Below are positions 23,118-30,846 of a stretch of DNA of 55,150 nucleotides, one piece after another; within the stretch, counting starts at the first letter, position 1, and each line of letters opens with the position of its first letter. This DNA is from an uncultured Clostridia bacterium (GTDB lineage Bacteria; Bacillota; Clostridia; TANB77; CAG-508), in assembly GCA_947626295.1 (NCBI GenBank), contig CANQRS010000001.1:1-55150 (forward strand), written 5' to 3'. The notes under the pieces are model-generated. The model saw only the letters and a program-made list of their open reading frames with translations. It had not been told where the DNA came from and ran no database searches. Both the position numbers and the translations under genes were made by a program.

Positions 23118-25808
23118 CTATTTCATTTTCTTTCTCATATTATTTAAAGTATTATTCATACTATCTGAAAATCCATTATTAGAATAATTAGTTGAATATT
23201 GGTATCCCCTTTTTGGTCTCTCCCTTGTATTTCTAGCTGGTAATAATGGATATACTACTGCAGCTAAATTGCTTAGAATATTTTGAAATTCTTTTGGATA
23301 TTTATCTACCGATATCTCACATTCAATTATCTCTTCTAAATATCTTTCATATACGTCCATATCAAAAGGTATCTCTATAGGTACAACAGCATTTCTATCA
23401 AATAATTCTGTCATAAATGACATCTCTGGGTCATTGTAAAATGCCATTCCGCCTACAATAGTCTTTGCTGTTACTCCCCTTATTCTTACAGACTTATTTA
23501 TAATTATCTTTATTTTATTTTTATCAATGATATCTTTTGCTTTTAAATCCCTTAAAAATGCTGTAAAAGGTTGTATTGTAAGCACGTCCATACTCTGAAC
23601 TAAATATATTTCTTGTGAATTTTCAAAATACTGTATTGGAGTATCAAAATCACAATCTATCAAAACTGCCGAATGATTCTTTATTAAGTTTTCAAGTATA
23701 GGACCTACATTTTCTATACTACTTTCTTGTGTTGGAGGTTCAGTATATACTGTTAAATTATTTTTAACCCTTATTCCCTCTGGATTACCATTTACTAAAC
23801 TTCTTACACTTCTCGTTGCTGTTTGTCTTAAATCTTCTTCATTTTTTGTATATATATAATACGCATTTTTGTTTTTAGTTGCATCTAGTATGGCTGTATC
23901 AATTCCAGCATCAGCTAAAATTTTAGCTATATTATTTACTATAAAAGATGTTCCATTTTTGCTTGTTCCAACAAAAGTCATTACCTTTTTGCTACTTGAC
24001 AATAAACTATTATATTCACTATAATCATAATCTTCAAACTCATTTTTCTCTAATGAATTTCTTTTTGTATATAAATCATCTGAATTTCTTTCTACTTTTT
24101 TATGATGATTAAACATAGGATTTGTTTTTGGCATTTCTCTTTGAATATTTTGTTTTTGAACAGGTTTTACTTCTTCAAATGCTTCATCTTCATCCTCATC
24201 GTCAAATCCAGGTAATTGATTTTCATTTTCCAAATCATCTAATGTTGGCAATGGTTCATCATCTTCATCATCTTCAAACCCTGGTAAAACCTCATCATCT
24301 GCCAATTCAGTAGAATCCATTGTTTCTTCGTCTTCCTCATCATCAAATCCCGGTAAAATATCATCTTCATCGTCATCATCTTTTAAATTATCATATCCTA
24401 ATAAATCGTCGTCATCATCATCTAAATCTTCAAAGCCTGGTAAAGTCTCGTCATCGTCCAAGTCATCAAATCCTGGTAATTTTTCTTCTTCCTGAGATGC
24501 TCTTTTAATCTCCTCTAATTTCCTTGCTTCTTCCCTATTTTTAGCTTCATATTCTTCCAAGTCATTTATAGCCGGCAATATTGCATTACCAACATTTGAT
24601 TCATTTTCATCATCATCATCAAATCCTGGCAAAGCAGAAGCCTCTGGTTGTTCTTCTGGTAACGGATTTTTTCTTGGTCTTCCCCTTTTCTTTGGAACCT
24701 TTACTTCATTTGTTGTTTCAGGTAATGGATTCTTTCTAGGCCTTCCTCTACCTCTTTTTTTAGGTGGTTCTGGTACAACTTCTACTTTTTCAGTTGTTTC
24801 CACATCTTCAAATTCTGGCATTGACTTTGTGTTATTATCTAAATTATTAACATTTGTCTCTACTTCTTCATCATCAAAATCATCAAACATACTATTATCT
24901 AAAATATCATCTTCAAAATCAACCTTGTCCTCTATTTTAGGTTTTAAAGAAGATTTCTTTTCTGGCTCTATTTTTTTAACTAATGTTTTTTCTAATCTTG
25001 ATGGAACTACTATTGGTCTACCGCTATTAGCTTGTTTATTAGTTAATAATTTTTCACTTGTTCCAGATAATGCTCCACCCTTTGAGTTTCCACCTGATTT
25101 TGCTGTACCTTTTCTTTTTCCAGTTAATCTTTGATATTCTGGAGAACCTTGTTCAAGTACATCTTTTATTTGTTCAGGTAATATTGAAATAATTATTCTC
25201 ATTTGCTTATCATTATATTGAGAAACTATATTTCTAAAACATTCGATATATCTTTCTTCATTTTTTCCAAGCCTTTTAAAATAGCTCAAAATATGTTGCA
25301 TTTCTTCTTCACTAACATCATCTATTTTTTCAGGTTGGTATCCTGCTTCGTCTGAGTCAATCCTATAATATGCTTTTGCCTCTTTTTTTAACCTAGGCTT
25401 ATTTATTAACTTACAAACTTGGTCTGTACTTCTATCATTACCAATTAAAGCATTATATATTCCTATACCAAATAGTTTAATCAAAAACTCTTCTGACTTC
25501 ATTCTTCTTTCTGAACCTATTAAAATAATTGGTATATCATTTCCCCTAGAGTTAGTTGCTTCATCAGTTATATTATCTAATTTTTCAAATATATATTTAT
25601 CTTTTTGTTCAAAGCTTGAACTTGTAAATTCTTCTAATTCTTCATCTATTACTATTCTATCGTATGTTTTATCTCTCTGTAACTCTTTTAATATTGCGTT
25701 AAAATAATACACATTTTTAAATGATATTATCTCCTTGTACTCCTTTTGGTATTTTCTTACTATAGACGATGAAACTTTTTCATCGTGTACCGCAAATAAA
25801 ACTTTCAT
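23118..25808 (-). CDS. 896-aa protein: receiver-like N-domain, two AT-hooks, acidic LPGF(D/E)D repeat array, C-terminal TadZ/ParA-like domain with deviant P-loop
   Basis: KKRGRGRPRKNPLP and KKRGRPRKNPLP; at least 6 LPGF(D/E)D repeats; VMTFVGTSKNGTSFIVNNIAKILA (no GK[ST] lysine) and VLIDCDFD. Confidence 0.6.
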   Translation of the reverse strand: MKVLFAVHDEKVSSSIVRKYQKEYKEIISFKNVYYFNAILKELQRDKTYDRIVIDEELEEFTSSSFEQKDKYIFEKLDNITDEATNSRGNDIPIILIGSERRMKSEEFLIKLFGIGIYNALIGNDRSTDQVCKLINKPRLKKEAKAYYRIDSDEAGYQPEKIDDVSEEEMQHILSYFKRLGKNEERYIECFRNIVSQYNDKQMRIIISILPEQIKDVLEQGSPEYQRLTGKRKGTAKSGGNSKGGALSGTSEKLLTNKQANSGRPIVVPSRLEKTLVKKIEPEKKSSLKPKIEDKVDFEDDILDNSMFDDFDDEEVETNVNNLDNNTKSMPEFEDVETTEKVEVVPEPPKKRGRGRPRKNPLPETTNEVKVPKKRGRPRKNPLPEEQPEASALPGFDDDDENESNVGNAILPAINDLEEYEAKNREEARKLEEIKRASQEEEKLPGFDDLDDDETLPGFEDLDDDDDDLLGYDNLKDDDDEDDILPGFDDEEDEETMDSTELADDEVLPGFEDDEDDEPLPTLDDLENENQLPGFDDEDEDEAFEEVKPVQKQNIQREMPKTNPMFNHHKKVERNSDDLYTKRNSLEKNEFEDYDYSEYNSLLSSSKKVMTFVGTSKNGTSFIVNNIAKILADAGIDTAILDATKNKNAYYIYTKNEEDLRQTATRSVRSLVNGNPEGIRVKNNLTVYTEPPTQESSIENVGPILENLIKNHSAVLIDCDFDTPIQYFENSQEIYLVQSMDVLTIQPFTAFLRDLKAKDIIDKNKIKIIINKSVRIRGVTAKTIVGGMAFYNDPEMSFMTELFDRNAVVPIEIPFDMDVYERYLEEIIECEISVDKYPKEFQNILSNLAAVVYPLLPARNTRERPKRGYQYSTNYSNNGFSDSMNNTLNNMRKKMK
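24200..24770 (-). repeat. Coding tandem repeats (LPGFDD units 24200-24640; duplicated AT-hook unit 24655-24770)
   Basis: Recurrent AAATCCTGGTAA-type units on the plus strand; duplicated GGTAAYGGATTYTTTCT..CCTTCC unit. Confidence 0.6.
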
Positions 25809-25814
25809 TCGTTT

Positions 25815-26225
25815 TTACTCCTTCCCTAACTTTACCACTACTGCAAATACTAATGGTAAAACTTGACAAATTATTGCTAAAGTAACTATAGCAACTATCA
25901 TTCCTAAACCTTTTTCTGCATTTTCTAAATGTCTTACACCTATTACTAATCTGTAAATCGAAGCTATAACTATTCCAAGAAAGCAAAATGGGATACTATA
26001 TATTTGTACTACGTGTAATATATATGCAGTAATACCATAAGCATCATTTCCATATTTTTGCTTATATTCCTCAATACTTTTAGCTTGTTGTTCTTTTATT
26101 TCTAGTAGATGACTTTCTGGTACTTGGCTTGTATTTTCTGCTGCATATACTGGCTTTGAATATACATTTAAAAATGCTACGAATATTGTTACAAATACTG
26201 TCATTATTAGTATCTTCTTTTTCAT
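25815..26225 (-). CDS. Small exported membrane protein (signal peptide plus 2 TM)
   Basis: MKKKILIMTVFVTIFVAFLNVYSKPVYA signal-like N-terminus; two C-terminal helices. Confidence 0.55.
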   Translation of the reverse strand: MKKKILIMTVFVTIFVAFLNVYSKPVYAAENTSQVPESHLLEIKEQQAKSIEEYKQKYGNDAYGITAYILHVVQIYSIPFCFLGIVIASIYRLVIGVRHLENAEKGLGMIVAIVTLAIICQVLPLVFAVVVKLGKE

Positions 26226-26339
26226 TTATTTTCCCCCTATTTTTAATCTACCTTCACTATTATTTTTTTCCTATATATCATACAATATTATTAAAAAAAT
26301 AGCAAGGTTTTATATCGATTTTTTTATTATTTTTTATTG

Positions 26340-27311
26340 TTACATTATTTTATCATACAAATACTCAATATGTTTATATACTGCATTTGCCCAATTTTTA
26401 TCAGAAGCATATCTTTTATTTATTGCAGATAAAGTTCGTCCATTATAATAATTACCTGTAGCAGTCTCTCCACCATATATCTTTGTTCCCGCAGGATTCA
26501 AGTAATATTTAACAAACACCCTAGCCAACAAATCTATAGATTCAGCATAATCATCAAATGTATATGCACCATTATAAGGATTTGAATCATAAGCTCCATA
26601 TCCAAACAAATTATTCTTAGTCATCGCTAATTTCGACGTTCCCCACGCACTTTCGTGTATACCAACTGCTGCAACAAATAATCCATTAATATTATATTCT
26701 TTTTCTATGTAATAAAAATATTTTGCATTATTCTCAAAAATCTTATTAACATCTTTACTATCAGTCAATGCTGTATTAAATTGCTCTAACGAAAATCCAC
26801 TAGGCTTATTTAACTGCATATTAAAACTTAGACCTACTTTCTTAGCCTTTTCCTCTCGTGTCAAGCGTTTCTTAGTTCCTACATCTATAAGCTTATTAAT
26901 TGATGACTTTACAACTACAGCAGAAACTTGCTCCTCTTTTACTAACTCGCCTTTTTCATTATACACTTTTTTTCTAGTTATCTCTTGAATTCCATTTCTT
27001 CCCTCTTGAGAAATCTGTGTTTCTCCTATGTATATATCTGGATTATTTCTATATTTTGTTATATATTCCAACTCAACTTCTTCTACCTCTAATTCTTCTC
27101 TATATCCAGCTGAATTTGAATTTTTTTGTATTATCTCATCTAAATCAACTTGAGTTGCATTACTTATCTTTACCTCTGGGCTTGTCTTTTCTTCAGTATA
27201 TGAATATGTTTGATTTTCTAGCCTTTCCAAGACAACAATTACAAATAAGCTGAAACAAATTATCATAATTATTAAAAATATATCTATTTTCTTTTTTTCT
27301 TTTGAACTCAT
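26340..27311 (-). CDS. G5-domain plus GH73 N-acetylglucosaminidase-type cell-wall hydrolase
   Basis: G5-like ISQEGRNGIQEITRKKVY...VVVKSSINKLIDVGTK; GIHESAWGTSKLA...NNLFGYGAYD glucosaminidase motif; start at MSSKEKK after AGGTGA. Confidence 0.7.
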   Translation of the reverse strand: MSSKEKKKIDIFLIIMIICFSLFVIVVLERLENQTYSYTEEKTSPEVKISNATQVDLDEIIQKNSNSAGYREELEVEEVELEYITKYRNNPDIYIGETQISQEGRNGIQEITRKKVYNEKGELVKEEQVSAVVVKSSINKLIDVGTKKRLTREEKAKKVGLSFNMQLNKPSGFSLEQFNTALTDSKDVNKIFENNAKYFYYIEKEYNINGLFVAAVGIHESAWGTSKLAMTKNNLFGYGAYDSNPYNGAYTFDDYAESIDLLARVFVKYYLNPAGTKIYGGETATGNYYNGRTLSAINKRYASDKNWANAVYKHIEYLYDKIM

Positions 27312-27328
27312 ATATATCACCTAAAATT

Positions 27329-27357
27329 ATTTTAATATTTATGTCTATTTTTGTCAA
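27329..27357 (-). promoter_or_regulatory. Sigma-A-type promoter of the hydrolase gene
   Basis: TTGACA (27357-27352) - 17 nt - TAAAAT (27334-27329). Confidence 0.5.
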
Positions 27358-27360
27358 GGA

Positions 27361-27387
27361 GTATTTTTTCGTTTGTGCCATTTTTTC
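27361..27387. repeat. 27-bp exact repeat GTATTTTTTCGTTTGTGCCATTTTTTC, copy 1
   Basis: Identical to 36625-36651; weaker similarity continues rightwards (TTTACATA..TTAAAATAT). Confidence 0.8.
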
Positions 27388-27592
27388 TTTCTTTTTCAAG
27401 CTTTTTACATAATTTATTATCATCAATATTTTTTAAAAATATTTTTAATCTTTCTTAATTTCCTAAATTTCCAATTTCCCTATAGTCAAAAATGGAAATT
27501 TGTGATATATTATTCATAGATTTTTTCATATCCTTTGATTGAGTTTGGGGTAAATTAATTATATCAAATTAGAAGCGAAAATATTCCTTCAA

Positions 27593-28231
27593 TTAATCTA
27601 TTTGTTCTAAATTAATCAATTCATTTTTTCTAAAAGTTAATTTTAATAAACATGGCGATTTTATATTCAATACTGTATCTTCTTTATAAACAAGTTTTAC
27701 ATCTTCATTTACTGTACACCAATTTAACAAAAAGAACTTTATTGAACCTCCGTGACTAATTACTGCCATTCTTTTTCCTTCGTAATCCCTAAGTATTTTG
27801 TCAAAAAATTTATTCATTCTTTCTCTAGTTTGTTCTGCACTTTCTCCATCAGACGTCCTAAAAGTTCTATCTAGCAATTGTTCTTGTGATGGGTCTCTTG
27901 TTTTCTTGTCCTTCATAAATTCTCCTAATTCCGTTAAATTTCCTAATTTTCTTTCACTTAAACTATTGTCTAAATTAAAAGTCAAATTATTTGCATAAGC
28001 AATATATTTTGCTGTAGCTTTAGCTCTAGCATAACTACTTGACCATATAATATCTAAATTCTCTAATTCATTATTTCTACTTAATTTTTTTGCTTGTTCT
28101 TCTCCTTCTATTGATAAGATTTCTTTTTCATTAATCATTTGAGAATCTTCACTTGTATTTCTAATACCATTTTCATTAATAGTTTCAGCATGCCTAACTA
28201 AATATATTATTGTATTTTTCACTTTGTTCAA
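27593..28231 (-). CDS. Histidine phosphatase (phosphoglycerate-mutase-like) family protein
   Basis: IYLVRHAET (RHG-type) and VISHGGSI motifs. Confidence 0.75.
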   Translation of the reverse strand: MNKVKNTIIYLVRHAETINENGIRNTSEDSQMINEKEILSIEGEEQAKKLSRNNELENLDIIWSSSYARAKATAKYIAYANNLTFNLDNSLSERKLGNLTELGEFMKDKKTRDPSQEQLLDRTFRTSDGESAEQTRERMNKFFDKILRDYEGKRMAVISHGGSIKFFLLNWCTVNEDVKLVYKEDTVLNIKSPCLLKLTFRKNELINLEQID

Positions 28232-28394
28232 CCCTCCTTTTTCTTTTTTATTATAGCAATATCGTCAATTATAGCTAGCTTTTATTCTAAATCTATTTGT
28301 AAAAAACTATAATAGAAAGAGCAATGCTGCTGGTGATTTAATTGAAAAAGCATTACGAGAAAAACATTTCTAAAGAAGATTTATGTAAAAAATA

Positions 28395-28435
28395 AATAGA
28401 AAAATCCAGTCATTACAAAACTGTTTTTTTCTATT
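28395..28435 (-). terminator. Hairpin terminator after thrS
   Basis: AATAGAAAAA / TTTTTCTATT stem with T-rich tail on the minus strand. Confidence 0.5.
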
Positions 28436-28457
28436 TTTTATTAGCATTGCTATTATT

Positions 28458-30413
28458 CTAATTTGCAATCTTACTTTCTATATCTCTATTTTTTATCTCA
28501 TTAAGTAACTGTTCCACAAATTCTTCAACTTTCATACTCTCCTGTGTAGCAACATTTCTATTTCTTACTGTAATTATTTTCTTTTCATATTCGTTATCTC
28601 CAATAACTATTGCATATGGTATTTTATTAATAATGGCTTCTCTAATTTTTTTTCCAAATGATTCATTACTATAATCGACTTCTACTCTTATTTCATTTTC
28701 TTTTAGTATTTTAGCAATTTTTTCTGAATATTCTATATGTTTTTCTGAAATTGGTAATACCCTAACTTGAACTGGAGATAACCAGGTAGGTAATATCCCC
28801 TTAAACTGCTCTAATAGTAATGCTAAAAATCTCTCATATGAACCAAGTATAGCTCTATGAACCATAACTGGTATTTGTTTTTCGCCATTTTCATCGACAT
28901 AATATAATCCAAATCTTTTAGGAGTTGAAAAATCTACCTGAACAGTTGGAATTTGTATTTCTCTTCCTAAAGCATCTGTAAACATAAAATCTAGTTTTGG
29001 ACCATATAAAGCTGCTTCTCCTTCACACCACTTTGCTTCAAGCTTTAATTCATCTGAAACCTCTTGTAACATTTTTTCACATAAGTCCCAATCATCTTTA
29101 TTTCCTATATATTTCTCTGGATGCTCATAATCTCTTACTGACAAAGAAACCCAATGGTTTTTCCATAATCCCATTTTCGTATAAAAATCCCTGATTATAT
29201 TACACATATTTATAACTTCATCTTTTACTTGATCTATTCTACAAAATGAATGCCCATCTTCAATAGTAATTGCATAAACTCTTGATAATCCTCCAACTGA
29301 ACCTGGCAACTCTGCTCTATACTGTTTGTCAGATTCCATATACCTAATTGGTAAATCTTTATAACTTCTCATCTTTGATGCATATATTTGAGTATGGTGT
29401 GGACATTGAACAGGTTTTAATACGAACTCATGACCTTTAGGAGAGTTTACTCTAAATAATTCATCATTAAATTTTTGTGCATGCCCTGATGTTTCAAATA
29501 AGCTTATATTAGCAAGAGATGGACAACTTACTTTTTCAAAGCCATAATTTCTACATATTTTTTCTATTTCCTTTTGTAATTCATCTTTTATTATTGTACC
29601 TTTGGGAGTATATAAAGGTAATCCACCTCCTACATAGTCTGAAAAACAGAATAAATCTAATTCCTTTCCAATTTTCCTATGATCTCTACTTTTAGCTTCT
29701 TCCAACCTTTCTAAATATCCTTCTAATTCTTTTTTCTTAGGAAATGAAATTCCATAAATTCTTTGTAAAACTTCTCTTTTTTCATCTCCTTTCCAATATG
29801 CACTTGAAGATGAAAGTAACTTTACAAATTTCACTTTACCTGTACTTAATAAATGCGGTCCAGAACATAAATCAATAAATTCGCCTTGTTTGTAAAAAGA
29901 TATTTCGTCTTTCTCTGGTATTTCTTCAAGTAATTCTAATTTATATTTTTCCTTTGTTTCATTTATCATTTTTAAGGCTTCTTCTTTTGTTAAAGTGAAT
30001 CTTTCAATAGGAATATCTTCTTTTATTATTTTATTCATTTCTATTTCAATTCTTTCTTTATCTTCATCTGAAAAGGCTTTTTCTACTTCAAAATCATAAT
30101 AAAAGCCATTATCAATAGCTGGTCCAATCGCTAGTTTATATTCAGGAAACAATCTTTTAACCGCTTGAGCCATAATGTGAGAACTTGTGTGCCAATAAGC
30201 TTTTTTACCTTCTAAATCTTCATCATTAAATGTATGAATTACCAAATTGCAATCCTCTTGTAACTCAAATCTTAAATCTTTAATTTCGCCATTTACTTCT
30301 CCACAAGTTGCATTTCTCATTAATCCTTCACTTATTTTTTTTGCAATATCAATTATTGAAGTTCCTTTTTCTACTTCAATAATCGAATTATCTTTTAATG
30401 TAATTTTTAACAT
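28458..30413 (-). CDS. thrS: Threonyl-tRNA synthetase, full length (TGS + N2 editing + catalytic + anticodon-binding)
   Basis: 651 aa; TGS-like N-terminus; editing motifs HTSSH and DLCSGPH; Zn ligands in QCPHH, EDGHSF, VMVHRA; preceded by a Thr T-box. Confidence 0.9.
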   Translation of the reverse strand: MLKITLKDNSIIEVEKGTSIIDIAKKISEGLMRNATCGEVNGEIKDLRFELQEDCNLVIHTFNDEDLEGKKAYWHTSSHIMAQAVKRLFPEYKLAIGPAIDNGFYYDFEVEKAFSDEDKERIEIEMNKIIKEDIPIERFTLTKEEALKMINETKEKYKLELLEEIPEKDEISFYKQGEFIDLCSGPHLLSTGKVKFVKLLSSSSAYWKGDEKREVLQRIYGISFPKKKELEGYLERLEEAKSRDHRKIGKELDLFCFSDYVGGGLPLYTPKGTIIKDELQKEIEKICRNYGFEKVSCPSLANISLFETSGHAQKFNDELFRVNSPKGHEFVLKPVQCPHHTQIYASKMRSYKDLPIRYMESDKQYRAELPGSVGGLSRVYAITIEDGHSFCRIDQVKDEVINMCNIIRDFYTKMGLWKNHWVSLSVRDYEHPEKYIGNKDDWDLCEKMLQEVSDELKLEAKWCEGEAALYGPKLDFMFTDALGREIQIPTVQVDFSTPKRFGLYYVDENGEKQIPVMVHRAILGSYERFLALLLEQFKGILPTWLSPVQVRVLPISEKHIEYSEKIAKILKENEIRVEVDYSNESFGKKIREAIINKIPYAIVIGDNEYEKKIITVRNRNVATQESMKVEEFVEQLLNEIKNRDIESKIAN

Positions 30414-30439
30414 AATAAAATAAAACCTCCTTTTGATTA

Positions 30440-30706
30440 TTATATATTGTTAACAGCACTCCTAAAAGTACGTTCAACAATACTTTTAGGAGTGCTGTTA
30501 TATAGCACGGTTCCATCCTAAATTTAACTTAATTTTAGAATATGATAAATCTTACCCATATTATAATTATAATATTTTGGAGAGCTAGTTTTTCAAATAG
30601 ATTTACATAAATTGAATTTCAGCTTATATTCAATCCTCTCTGTAAGCAACCCCTATTTTACTTTTTCTCTCATTTATCATAATTATCATAAATTATATAA
30701 TATAAC
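30440..30706 (-). promoter_or_regulatory. T-box riboswitch leader, probable Thr (ACU) specifier
   Basis: Minus strand shows AGAGA and AGUA boxes, GAAAAACUAG specifier-like loop (ACT = 30589-30587), T-box-like AGGATGGAACCGTGC (about 30503-30525), and a 19-bp terminator stem 30452-30499. Confidence 0.7.
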
Positions 30707-30712
30707 TGATTA

Positions 30713-30742
30713 TATTTTAACTCTTTTTTTTTTTATTGTCAA
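30713..30742 (-). promoter_or_regulatory. Promoter of thrS
   Basis: TTGACA (30742-30737) - 18 nt - TAAAAT (30718-30713). Confidence 0.5.
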
Positions 30743-30788
30743 TATTTTTTCACTATTTTTTATTTTTAAAATTTTTTTAATAATTAAA

Positions 30789-30824
30789 AGAGAGAAACTT
30801 TCTGTAACTAGAAAATTCCTCTCT
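30789..30824 (-). terminator. Intrinsic terminator after thrS2
   Basis: 15-bp imperfect stem AGAGAGGAATTTTCT/AGAAAGTTTCTCTCT then TTTTAATT on the minus strand. Confidence 0.6.
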
Positions 30825-30846
30825 AAATAAGTAGGTCACATTACCC

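Noticed and set aside
25780-25986. Minus-strand overlapping ORFs 25780-25986, 27193-27426, 31350-31556, 38303-38578, 49939-50136 and 54406-54621
   Set aside because: They are out-of-frame overlaps with better-supported genes or run through promoter regions. They have no RBS and an implausible composition. ORF 54406-54621 is an Arg/Ser/Thr-rich artefact of the GC-rich segment.
27361-27387. TGGCAC within the 27-bp repeat (minus strand TGGCACAAACGAAAAA) as a sigma-54 -24/-12 promoter
   Set aside because: The -12 TTGC element is absent at the required 5-nt spacing. Both loci already have good sigma-A promoters just downstream.
27427-27592. Tandem GGAAATT(T) units and the AATTTCCA...TGGAAATT hairpin downstream of the phosphatase gene as a regulatory repeat
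   Set aside because: It is short, low-complexity and not repeated elsewhere in the window. It is most simply a weak terminator region.
28300-28372. Plus-strand coding-like fragment ..NAAGDLIEKALREKHF* between the phosphatase gene and thrS
   Set aside because: It has no start codon or RBS and only about 20 codons. It may be a gene relic, but it is not identifiable.
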